Assembly: GCA_003693705.1 (NCBI GenBank)
Contig: RBZT01000544.1
Span: forward strand, 1-49,223
Direction: 5' to 3'
DNA from: Polymyxa betae A26-41
Lineage: Eukaryota > Protista > Endomyxa: Phytomyxea
DNA length: 49,223 nt
Part shown: one piece after another, positions 34,327-46,470 of the stretch
How positions within the stretch are numbered: position 1 is the stretch's first letter
How the letters are laid out: the number at the start of each line of letters is the position of its first letter
Notes under the pieces: generated by a model
What the model was told of the DNA's origin: nothing
Seen by the model: only the letters and a program-made list of their open reading frames with translations
Database searches by the model: none
Program-made: the position numbers and the translations under genes

Positions 34327-37300
34327 TTACACTTTGATTGAAAGGAAATCAGCGATACGTAATGGTCGACGAACAGCTTGAGTAAATCCTTCATTGTAAC
34401 GGAATCGAACCATTGATAAAGTCGATCCGAGTTGCTGTTTACTCTTCTCTAGCATAAAGCTGCCTTGCCATCCTTTGACTGATTCAGTTTCTGACACAGC
34501 CTATACACATTTAGCGTCAGATATCGACAGCATTGGCGTTTTTGCTGCATTTATGCAAAATTTCGAAAAACCCCCTCCTATCACTTACAGCAGCGCGTGA
34601 TTGGGTATTTGTTCTCAACGAACGCGAACCCTTGCTGATTTCCCGATCAATACGTTCAATCCAAATCTGTGATGCTCTTAGCACTTCGTAAAACAATGAA
34701 TGCGTTTGCTTACAGGAGACAGCCGGTACAAGAATGAATCACCATCAGGGGTCGAAAATGTGCAAAATCTGGAAATATCAGGTTGAAGATCGCGGCGAAG
34801 CTGAATCAGTGTTATGAAACTGGAGTGAAGCTAAAATGGAATCACACCTGTCCCTTTCCAGTATCAGCAACTGTCATGTAACTCAATCCAAACTTCTGCA
34901 TGAGACCCGTTATTCGAAGCATTAATGATTCGTCCTGATTGCTCATTATGGTGGATTCACTACGAAGTACTCTGGAGATTTTTAAAACCGGATAAGACGA
35001 TACACTAAACATGATGTAAGAACCTGGGCGTGATAATATGATATAGGGCAGGAATGAGCTCTGTTACGATCGATACATTTGAATGTCTCCTTGTTAGCTG
35101 TGAATTAAAACGGGACAAGATATCCCTGATTATTAGGTCAGATTGTACAGATACACAAATAAACTAAGAACCTAGATTCAATCAGGTCACGACTATGTTG
35201 AAACGCCTGTTTAGGTGGAACAATTTTGGGTACCTAAACGTTGATTAAACCTTGGAATCATTGATAGCATCAGGCGTACATGTTTAACGCTGCAGTAATG
35301 ATGAACGGTTCCTAAACAGTGATGCATTAATAACGCCAAACAGTCATTAAGATTTAGAACGACTTTCTTGCAATCCAAAAAAATAAAAAAATACCTGCAG
35401 TGAGACCAACATAAGATGCCCCTGAGAAATCCTGACTTTTTAAAAAGGCAACAGATAACGTATCCATATAGCTGAAACAATCAGCAACCAACAAAGTCTG
35501 GAAATTAGAAACTCAGGATCAGAATCCACTCCAGATTGAACAAAATACCTTTGACATGGTCGGGTCCGAATACGTCATATTGGTGTAGAACTCGAAAAGT
35601 CCATCAATCACTTTACTAGATTCTTTATAGGACATCACAGAATCGATTACATCGTGGAGTTTGGTCTCCTACAGATCGTTTATTAAAAAACCAGATGACG
35701 AATTTGTAACAGCTGCAAAACCTACCTGTTTGAAAACTGCTTTCCAAATAGCAAAGTGATCAACGGCGAGGTCTTTTTGGTCGTTTACAAAAGACATGAC
35801 ATCTTGCCGCCCAACTGAGAAGCAACCATTTAACAGTGCTGAAAAACAAAATCAAACATCAATGAGACAATTTGAACGGAAGAATGATACCATTAGCAGC
35901 AACAAACTGCAGGACCTGTAAAGCCGATCGAATATCATTTCGGGATTGTTCACAAATATAGCGGAACGCAGATGATTCAAAATGCAGCCCCGTTTGAGAG
36001 CAAATGTGAGATATACGCTGCTGCAAGGCTGACGATGTAGGTTCACTGAACCTGACAATTCCATTTAGTCAAACGAAAGGCGACTTTGTAATCAGGAAAT
36101 TTGAGTAAAAGTGCTGGAGTTTGACTTTCAAATTTACAATGCAAACTGAAATCAAAACCAAACTCGACAGCCGCAATTCCTCTCACGTGTATGTAAGTAC
36201 GACTGCACGAAGTGGTCGAAGAACTTTCGCATAACTAATAGTAGCTGGTAAGGATTCACTGTTGTCAAGTTCTACAAGGAATTTACAGATCGTTACAGAT
36301 GCAGATGATGGGTCGTTGCAACGTCACCGACTGGCGAGATTTCTTTTTAGGGTTTTTTCGGGAATCAGAGACAGCACTATCGGTAATGATTTCAATTAAA
36401 GCACGGATTGCTGCTGAATCTTCCACACCTAAAATGAGGTAGTTCAGCAAGAGTCATCAATGCTAATATGGCCTGTTGCTACCGTCGATTTCGTCAAGAA
36501 TGATCAGATTTGGTTTACAGTCCCCTAATACGGATTCCATAGAAATCGCCCGAATGATCTTTGAACGTAATGTCGACACCGACCTGAATTCAATTGAGGT
36601 TGAACATCAGCACCAAACGAAACTGGTAATAGAACGCGCTTACCGGTCGTCGCTTGCATTAATTTCAACGACATTATACCCAGCTGAGAATGTCAAAATT
36701 TACCAAACTGCAGAATTGGAAGTTACCTTGTCTGGCGATACAGTGAGCTAGCGTCGTCTTCCCACTTCCAGGAGGACCAGCAAGAAGGAGAGCGCGTGGA
36801 TACGGCCGATGATCGTCAGTACGTTGGTCAGGACCGCGATCAAAACCCGGATTATGAGGCAACCAAGGTGCTCGACGTGCCTGACGAACAGAATAAGCTT
36901 TCTAAAGGTAGATAAGCGGAAGCGGACAACGCGTTTGCTGCTGGGAAAGGAGGAATTGCGAGATCGGCGATTGAATGGCAAAGTGTTGGATTGATCCTGA
37001 GAGGACGGGCTCGGTTTAGGGCGAATTCGTGGTGGACGATGGAACACGACTGGATCCCAGGCTTTAACCCACTGTAAAACTTCACGATTAATTCTCTAAA
37101 TAAATTGCCTCAGTCAGCGATGATCGAAAGGCTCGTTGGCAATTACTCACAGAATCGCTTAACAGCTCTATAAACGTTTTCGGAGCGAATCGATCCACAA
37201 ACATCAAAGAAGAATCGTGCGAATCCTTATCTAAACATAATCAGTCGATACGATTGATGAAAACCATTGATTATTCTAACCTTCCAGACGACGTTTCTTG

Positions 37301-38485
37301 TTGGCAACTTCAGATGATGGAGCGGATTCTTCAAGATCATCTAAAATCATCGTGTCAACCAATGCCAAACTGGCTTCTTCATCACGTATCAACTGCTCAA
37401 TTTTCTGTATCATGTTTAAAATGGCGTTTCGATATGAGATTGGACGATTACCTTCTTTTCGATGCGCTCAAGCAAGAGCTCGACCGATTCGTCCAGAAGT
37501 TGGTTCCGATTCATATTCCGTTTCCAGCGCCGTGTGAGATTCTGTACCTTGATTTTATAACAGTCTAAAGAAGTTCTTGTTAAATAGAGTCGGGACTCTG
37601 GCAAGCAAAATCAAAAACAGATTTGGCATTGAAAATATGAGATTACGACTTCCTCCCAGCGAAGATATCGTAATATAATCGGAATGGGCTGGGACGCGCT
37701 GCAAAGCCAGCAGCGATCGAGTTCTTCATAAAGCTTTAATTTGAGGCAACAGAATATGGTGACCGTTAGCTCTTACGTAGTCGCGAATCCCTCAATATCT
37801 TCGCCGTCGAACATGCTGTAGAAATTAGGTGTCGCTTGCACCGAATACCGATTACGTCGTGGAACAGGGTGAATCTCTCTTGGCGCGCTCGGCTCGGAAT
37901 TCCCGCCTTCTTGTCTATCTTGGATTGCATTCGTACATAAATCAATATCTGGAATCATCCCGCGCTCTATTGCATCTGTTGGAAAGCCAATTCATACGTT
38001 GGGATGAACTGACCTGAGGTTATAGAACGACGATTATCCGTTTCAAGGTCAGGGATGCCTGAAATTGTCTCAGCCTGACGGTAATCTTGTGAAAGGGTTA
38101 TCAGCTCATTGTTGCTTTTATCGTTCGAGGGCTGATTATCAACAGTCCAGTCAGGTTCATCCTCGGCAAAGTTATTGCTATCGTTTATAGTGATATCACG
38201 ATTGGCAATTCCTTCTTCAACAGAGAGAGCTGAAACACTTCGATTGCTGTTGTTGGGGTGAAGTTCCACAAGACAAGACTCATTAGGACGAAGAGGCGAC
38301 GAGAAACTCAGCTTTTTTTTGGAAAAGGAAGTCCTTCTAGTAAGATCTACGATTGTAAATCAGAGCCATCAGTATGGCATGGAAATCAGCTTGCCTGGAA
38401 CTGGACAATGCTCATCAAGTAAAGCCAGCATTTCCTCCTCGTCATCGCGAGCATAATCGTTCATTCCAGGATCGTCGACATCCAT
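34327..38485 (-). CDS. CTF18: Chromosome transmission fidelity factor 18 (RFC-like AAA+), multi-exon
   Basis: LWIDRFAP, NREVLQWVKAWD, Walker A GPPGSGKTT, EINASDDR, ILDEIDG, RPIICICND, C-terminal RYNEGFTQAVRRP. Confidence 0.93.
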
Positions 38486-38965
38486 TGCTGTAGCAGGAAA
38501 ACTCTAACAGATTAATATATGCCGCATAACATAGAGAATTGAATCCAGGCTGGTGAGGGTGTTCTCAATTGAAGAAACACGGAGTTCAATGAACAGCTGC
38601 TCAGCTAATCGTTGTATGTTAACTATAAATCATTTAGAGTAAAATTTGGCCAGCTGTAGCTGGCTATCAGTAAATTTTTTTGATTGGAATATGTTTAGAA
38701 AGACTTGATTGAGGGCCAATTTAAACGCAAACGTATCTACACGAATCTGGCCAGGTCTGGCTTCGCGTATTGTACCAGTATGTGGAATTATCAAGGCCAG
38801 ATTGATCACATCTGCAGATTGCTGTAAAGTGCCGATTACGTTCTTCCCAGTTTTTAGGCCAGAACGAATTGATCAAGAAACAAATCATTTCAAAGTTACC
38901 AGAAGAGCAAAGGCGCAGCCTACAAAGCAATCAATTTTTCATTGTGTTTGTTACTGCTGTTTTGG

Positions 38966-40027
38966 ATGGCAGCAGAGCCGGGATCAGCACCCCCAACACT
39001 CTTTGATCCAGCATATAGGCGATCCAAAGAAGATCATCGATTCGATGCCTCTGCGGAAAGATATTTGGTGATGCATAGCATTCCTGAGTACTTGTCAGAT
39101 GCGATATGTTTGATGACAGAGTCTGATGATAGTGCCCCTTTGGAATTCCTTTCAGCATAGTTAAGTCGCGTTTGCGAGCAATAACAACGTAACTAATTGA
39201 TCGTAAGGACAGTTTTCAGAACGTACTTACAGGCGACAATGTAATCTTTCGAAACTTTTCGTACATCGACGCCACGAATCGTAATCGACGTTCTTTTGTG
39301 CGACATTTACGCGAGACTTATCAAAAATTTGATCCAGAAGAAGGTCTGTCAATGATCAGCATAACCGGCTCACTCAATTTTAATTGCAGAAATATCAGCA
39401 GAATCTTTGCATCAACTTTTCTGTCTGTTATGCCCTGACTACCCTATAAATTACATTCGGTGTGCTATTAGACTTTACTATTCAAGACCAAGGCTGTCTG
39501 CCAGTCAAGATATGGACTTATTATCGAGTTCAAAGACCGCCCCTTTTGCTGAATTCATGCAGTTCGCTTGTCTTTTCTTCTATTTTTCCAAATTTATTGC
39601 CGTTTGTGGAAAGCTATTCGCAGAGCATGGCCAGGGTGATAGTACTGCCGTAAATAGAAGGAGGTTGCAAGAACATTTGCTTAACCTTGCTGACGCAAAC
39701 CCAACCCTGGCTATACCTGATCAACATATTCTAGACGATGTTCTTCACAAGACTACAGGTATCTTGGCTAAACAGCCATTCTGAATGGGCGCTGATTGAT
39801 TGCTAGGGTCGCCAACCAAGGTTATATCGTTTGACACATTCTGCTGTGCTGTATTTAGCCATAAGGACATCACCATGGCACTTCTCGAGCCGAGATCCTA
39901 TACTGAATTAAAAGAGGGTATCGACAGGCTGCTGGAGAAACTCTCGATTGAACAGAGCTCCGAAATTGTCAGGACAAGAAGAAAACCGAAGCGGAATGAC
40001 AAAAAAGATCCCACCACCATTAGCTAA
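38966..40027 (+). CDS. CSTPP1: CSTPP1/C11orf49-like regulator of tubulin polyglutamylase, multi-exon
   Basis: YL...YLSDA...EFL..YFQNV..G..VIFRNFSYIDATNRNRRSF...LHQLFCLLCPDYP matches the C11orf49 pattern as I recall it. Confidence 0.78.
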
Positions 40028-40208
40028 ATACATCCTGTTCCTAGCATCCATCTTCCAAACAGAACATTAACACTATATGAGTATATGTGAGCGGTATCGA
40101 TTTCAAAAGGGATGAAATTTCAGATTGAGTGAGAGAAAATCACTGACAATGACTAATTTGATTGTGAATTTTGACTGCAGAGACCGCGCACTATATTTCT
40201 CAGTTGAA

Positions 40209-40666
40209 ATGGTTCCAATGGATCCTGAACCATGGCGACAGCTGGCTAATGATAACCGCCAGCAGCTTTTGTCTCCTGTCCTCCCCACGGCCGCATCACG
40301 TTGGCTCAATGAGATTAATACCCGGCCGGAGCTGCTATCTCCGACCCTGCCACCTTTGAAACTAGACACGGATACACCAGCTCTTGTTACGCCCGATCCT
40401 CCACCATTAGATGTGTCGTCGACGCGCTCGGTGCATGTGTTCATTTCGAAGCAGGTCAGTCTGATGTGCTTCTTGCTTATTTCTTTCAACGTTTGCTTCA
40501 GGTCTTTGATGATTTCTCGATTGTGCCTCAATCTGAAAGATTCATTTCAATGTATTCCGAATGTCCCCGGCGGCGCCGACATGTAAGAAAGTCATATGTT
40601 CGCCCAGCTGAAAACAGTGGAGAAATGACAGCAAACGAGCTGAAATCGTTGTATGGGATGAAGTAA
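40209..40666 (+). CDS. Hypothetical Pro-rich protein, 2 or more exons
   Basis: ORFs 40125-40586 and 40466-40666 join in frame via a GT-AG intron (~40455-40501). No known motif. Confidence 0.45.
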
Positions 40667-41123
40667 TTTCAATTCTGGAAGTCCATGAATTACTCTATCG
40701 TGACTATTTTTCACGTATGGCCATGGCCAGCGCCGCTTGTTGCCAGAGAGGAAACGTTAAAGCACAAGCATTGTGCTCGTCGCTTCTGTTCCTCTATCTG
40801 TAATCGAGACCTATCCGGATTTTCGCCAACCCTCCAGCTGTTTTCTTTATATGACGTATTGACTTTACTGAATAAATCAAACAAATTTCTTTTCTCAAGT
40901 ATCTCCGTTTTTTTTTCCATTTACACGGAATTTTGCTGCCTGCCATTTCTCCCATTTCGTTTCGCTTTTTTTGCTAATTAATCGCTATCGCATCGTTAAA
41001 TACAGCACATATGTATATGACGTTCTTTTTGTAGCGTTTTCGAAGTTCTCCAGAGAGAGCTCTTTTGCGTACACCGCGGAATTGGGTCGGCCTGAGGTTT
41101 ACCCCAGAACAAAACTACTTGTC

Positions 41124-42067
41124 ATGAGGGTCTTTTCCTTGTGTTTATTGACTCTTCTGCTTCGCTATGCTGTCGCAGAAGTCAAAGAACTCCATTGGAC
41201 CTATTATGTCAAGCAAGGCACAGAGGGTGATATTGATTGCCAATATGGCTATAAGCTGATAATCAAACTGCAATTCTAGAATGCGTTCAGTTGCATGCGA
41301 ATCTTGGCGAGCAGATTGAAACCAGGGCTGAAGTGTTAACCCCAGGCTTACGAGATATTCGTCTGATTATAAGCGGCCCTACGGGAACCCTTTATGATAA
41401 GGTAAACTCACATTATGCATGCAATTTTCATCAATCGTTTTCATCGCTAGTGAATAACCTTTTTGCCACTCAGGTTGTGTACAATCGCGAGTTCGAAAAG
41501 ATTGGCAAAATAATCGTCCCAGTGGCTGGCAGTGGAGAGCATAGGATTTGTACTAGTAATAGTATGTCTCGCTTCACTTCGAAGAAATTAACGTTAGTAG
41601 ATTCACTTTTTTCAATTCGTATAGTAATATGTTTCAGATTTTATCTTACCGTGAAGGATGTTGAACAATCAACTCTGGAGAATGCAAAACTCGAGCATCT
41701 AGGCCCAATTGTCGACAGCATCATCAAGGTATATTGGTGTACAATTTCTACGAAACATATTTGAGCGTTTAATCTAAGATGCTTTGCAAATTGATCAAGT
41801 GGATTTGTTCAGGTCTCAGATGGTCTGGATAATATTGGAGAAATGCAGCACCAGATTCGAATTGACGAACAAATGTTACGTAATCGTAGGTCTTTTTGTT
41901 TATTTGTTATCATGTTCTTGACTTTCTTAGAGCAAGACACTGTTAACAGCCGTGTTCAATGGCTGTCTATTGCCCGAGGTGTTGGCCTTCTGGCATTAAG
42001 CTTGATTCAGTTGCACTTTATCCGAAGCTGGTTCAATCATCCCGATAAGCGCTATCAAAGAGTTTAA
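41124..42067 (+). CDS. p24/EMP24/GP25L (GOLD) cargo receptor, copy 1
   Basis: Signal peptide, GOLD cysteines (ECV, HRICTSNSMS), coiled coil, NSRVQWLS, TM, tail ending RV. Confidence 0.88.
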
Positions 42068-42843
42068 ATTCGTAAGAAAAGTTTTCAATATATTCATTTG
42101 GAAATTTCTCTCAAGTTTCAGTGAGTTCTATCTATTGCATATGAAATGGTTTCCAATCAGCAACAGCCTGAAGTGTTAGCAGCCAGAATTGTGCCCCATT
42201 GCTCTTGCATGTTGATTTAACAGTCATTTACTAATATCTAAATGCTGTGGTAGACAGTTCGTATGATTCAGACTTTCTGAGTTGTTCATATTGTAACAAA
42301 ACGCATGGAAAAAAACTCGTAACGAAACTCCTAAATCCTCACCTTGATTCCGCTTTCGACATTCAGCTTTCGCGAATCAACTCTATGCCAAATCTTGGTT
42401 ACTCCTAACTCATCGAGAGATCACCCTTTGCTTAAAATTAGAAAACGATAAGTTGACTTTACCTTTGAGTACCATCCAGTAGAGAATACCGACGCGCGTA
42501 CCAGAAGCAACTAGTTTAGAGATTTCGAAATCAGGTGGAAGTGATATTATCAATGATCCAAACTTCTGGAGAAGGTTATCGCTAAAGAAGCACGGACCGG
42601 TCCAGAAGCTTGCCAAAATGTTCCACATCGGTCTATTACTAGATCAAATACCATTGGATTATTCGGAGCGCCAGGCACGACTATGGTTTGAAGATCCTTT
42701 GAAACGAAGCTTGTTGGGTGGTTACGTTACATGGAGTGACTTCAGACGCGGCCTCAAATGCTGATAAGCCTGATAACCACAAGGGGTGTAAAGACTACAT
42801 AGAAGAGGGTCATCCGATAGGTTGTCAGTGCCAATAGTTCAGC

Positions 42844-43811
42844 ATGTCTCCCTCTAGGTCATGCATATTCTTGCTTGGCGTTCTTCTCTATGCTTTCTCT
42901 TCTGCTGAAAATCAAGAACAAGGATGGACCTTCCAAGTCGAGCCAAAAGCAGAAGGTCCCGAATTTACTTTTTGCAATATTATCGCGATTTCCTAGCTTT
43001 TTCTTTTCATGTTCACGAGCGTGGCTTATTCGACTAACTATACACAGAATGTCTTTACCTACATCGAACGGCTGGCTCAAAGATTGATGCCCGAGTTGAA
43101 GTAATTACCGGAGGGTTACTGGATATTCGGTTGGTTGTAAACGGTCCAGATCGACTTCTTTATGATGAAGTAAGGACATTTTCTGTTTATATTTATGGTC
43201 GTACTGACCTACTCTTCTTACAGACTCTCTTCTTCAACCGGGAGAATCCTGCCTTGAATGAAAAGACGGGTACCTTATCGATTCCAGTTTCAAGCACTGG
43301 GCTTCATGCGATTTGCGCCAATAATCGGATGTCCAGATGGACAGCAAAAAAATTGACGTATGCCGCTTTCAATCTATGCTGATCAGGGGATCTTAATTTT
43401 CCGATCAGAGTCTACGTTCAAGGCGTCAAGCCGGAATTCTCTACGTTAGAGAATGCCAAATTGGAGCATTTAGGGCCAGTTGTTGACAGTGTTATCAAGG
43501 TCTTATAATTTCGTAGACATGTTTGCTACCGATTTTAAACTGATTTAGATTTCCGAAGAACTAGATGCAGCTGTTCGTTTGCAGCATCAATTACGTATTC
43601 GAGAAGGAGCTCATCGCAATAGTAATCACTGTTCAGTTGTTGTTTTTTGCCTGTTAATTAAAATCAACGTACAGCACAAGAGAGCACGAACTCGCGAGTT
43701 CAATGGCTGTCTGTTACAGAATCTGTTGTCGTTGTTTCCCTCAGCTTGCTGCAATTGTACCTTATCAAATCGTGGTTTGGCGATAGCACTCAGCAACGAC
43801 GACGTGTATAA
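42844..43811 (+). CDS. p24/EMP24/GP25L (GOLD) cargo receptor, copy 2
   Basis: Signal peptide, ECLY, HAICANNRMS, ESTNSRVQWLS, tail RRRV; intron positions equivalent to copy 1. Confidence 0.88.
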
Positions 43812-43963
43812 TCAGATATGGTCGCCACTTTACTCAAAATTTAAAACTGTTTTAATGCACATTCCAAAATTACTAGCCTAAGATTGGTATTTCTCGAACC
43901 CAGATTGTATATTTACTCAGTTTCCGATTTTTCATATGAAACACAAACGTTCATATAATTTAA

Positions 43964-44348
43964 GGCGTACACCCCAAATTAGTTTGTAGAGATACACCTT
44001 CAATACACATTTGTCGTGACAGTCCCTGTTTACCTAAATTTCTTTCCCGAAGATGTCAGCTACTTGCAGTAGTACATCGCCTGCGATTGTGACCCAGCTG
44101 ACCGCAACTTCGAGCTGGGCGCTCTTCAGAAGTTTCGAATCCAGATGGACATCGCCGGGTTGGAGACTCCGCTCCTGGTCTGCTGCTTACAGACCCCATG
44201 GGGCCTAATACACTGCAGACATCGACAGCATCGTCTGCGGACGAATAGACGTGGTCGGTCAGCATACGGAAGGCATCATGATCCTCGATTCTACGAAAAT
44301 AGAGAGGGAGAGCGTCTACGAACAGTTTGGGGTGTCTACGCGTACGCC
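43964..44348 (-). mobile_element. Non-autonomous Mutator-like (MULE) deletion derivative, 385 bp
   Basis: Imperfect TIRs starting GGCGTAC, exact 8-bp TSD TAATTTAA (43956-43963 and 44349-44356), internal ORF ending in a degenerate Zn knuckle ARSCGQLGHNRRRC. Confidence 0.8.
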
Positions 44349-45818
44349 TAATTTAATTGTTTATTACTGAAGGTTGGGTGTCTTCAACCTGAGCAGCATC
44401 CGCAAGTAGTAAATCCTGTTCAGTTGTAGAGAGAGCAATTGCATAACGATGCCACATATTGGCAGCTGTAGTCGGCTGTAATTGGAATCCGGAGGTTCAT
44501 GGATAATTCAATCAATGTAACCTGCAACTCAACAAACATATTGAAACTAACCACAAGACAAAAAATACTGCAACAGCAACCTCATAATACAGACAGGAAT
44601 CGTATCAGGCATTACTGACGACCTCAACCTACATGAGCATGGAACCTTCTAGCTTCAGATACAGAAGCAAGCATGATCATGATGATGGCAGCGGCGAAGA
44701 AGATAACACGAACTTCATGCTGCGATTGGAAATTGAGTTGGGACAATGACGGATGACCTGTGATTGATGAACTACGTCGAAACCTAATTCAAATAGATTT
44801 GCTTCTAACAGATTATCGGTAACATTTATCCAATTCTGAATTCATCTATACAAGGAAGTCGTCAATCTTTTTGTGACTTTTAACTTCTCATTGGATGTTG
44901 TGGTATAGGCTGATCTACCCATTTGATGACATCTACAAATGGTCGATTGTGACCGGCTGTTTCCATAATGGTGGGAGAATCCCGAACGTTTGATTTCTGG
45001 TTCTAGTCCACCGGAGATCGAACTATTTCAAAATATGCAGGCCAAATCAAGGCTCTTGATCGGTCGCCCGTTCAGCAGCAGATCTCATTTCGATAAAATT
45101 GTTCTGAAGCAGCATGGAGGCGACGGATCCGCTGAGTAATCACTTGAAAAGCATCTGCTTTTACATCTTCATTCATATTATAGATTCGGTACAGAGTTGA
45201 GGCCCTAATTGGCGATAAGCTTTTGGATGTTTTCCTTTACCGGGAACTGATCGCTAGAATGAAAGGACCACAAAAGTGTGCTCGTATGGCTAGACTACGA
45301 GATAAAATTGTCAGCAATCGAGCATTAGCTGAGTGTGGAAAACCATTCATAGTTCCTGCTTATTTCAGTGAACAGCAATGGCATGATGCTTCTGTACATC
45401 AACGAGGTAACTTCTTATCTATTCGCAGATTAGTTTCAGCAATTTTGAAGTTGACGATTAAGTTGACGATTAAGTAGGAACGGCAGTAGAAGCAGCAATT
45501 GGTCGCTTATTCTTAAAGTCATCTTCTGCACCTGGAGGCGACTCGGTAGCGAGACATGATTTAGTTCGAATATCGACTGGTGTCCTTGCTGCTAGCGAAC
45601 AATGGTGCAGAGAGCAAGATATTATTGCTATTGCAAATGAAGCTGTGCGTCAGAAACGGGACAAAATCAACCAAAAAATGCAATTAAAATGCAAGGATCA
45701 GAATTCAAAGTAGTATGATTCTTAATGAGTCGTCTCTGCTCCAAATCCAAATCTATCAAGAATCTTAAAATTTCTTTGTGATTTTCGGCTCTAAGATTTT
45801 GATGTCAGTTCAACTGTA

Positions 45819-46439
45819 ATGCTTGGTTCTGGCAATTGGCAAGCCGGGTATAAATTTCGAATTCTTGTTAGAGCTGTTCTTCAAATCGCGAATGCAAGTT
45901 ACTCCACAATCCGACATTGGAGCAAATTCCTTAAAAATGGGTAGAATGGCACAATGATTAAGCATATATGTCATGATTGTTATGATCATTGTCATTGTAA
46001 TGCGTTGACACGAAAATTTACTGAAACTTTTGATGGCAGAGTATTGCAAGGTGTGGAACTTGTAAATTGATGTATAAACGAAAAGTCGTATCACAGGCGT
46101 TCTAAATATTGTACTACCAAAGGAAATTAATAAGATTCTAAATAAATTCAAAGAAGATTAAATCAAGGGAAATTACAATGAATAATTTGAATTCTTAATT
46201 TAAAACTGATCACATTATATGAAGGTGATGAAAGATTAAAAGAATTTATAGAAAGGAGTATAAATACAATTAGAATATTAAATACATACATGATTTTTGA
46301 AAATATTTTGCAAGGTTTTTCGAAGAATTCAATAAATATTACTCCTATTACGTTTGATTGGATTATTTATTTTACGTTATTGGGATTGGTTGTATTTTGT
46401 TGGGGCGGTTTATTTAACTTTTGGTGTTTGGGTTTGTGA
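45819..46439 (+). pseudogene. AT-rich decayed ORF resembling the C-terminus of a type I membrane glycoprotein
   Basis: Cys cluster CHDCYDHCHC, sequons NAS/NGT/NIT, helical segment, then TM FDWIIYFTLLGLVVFCWGGLF; stops and frameshifts. Confidence 0.35.
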
Positions 46440-46470
46440 TGTTTTTTTTTTGATTTACGAAACGCTGGAG

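Noticed and set aside
45448-45475. 12-bp tandem duplication AAGTTGACGATT
   Set aside because: Simple slippage in decayed sequence.
44900-45720. Fragmentary ORFs including 45223-45477
   Set aside because: Cannot be assigned to a family; interrupted by stops.
46146-46439. NUMT read with TGA=Trp
   Set aside because: This extends the frame only slightly and I recognise no mitochondrial protein; it remains an alternative to test.
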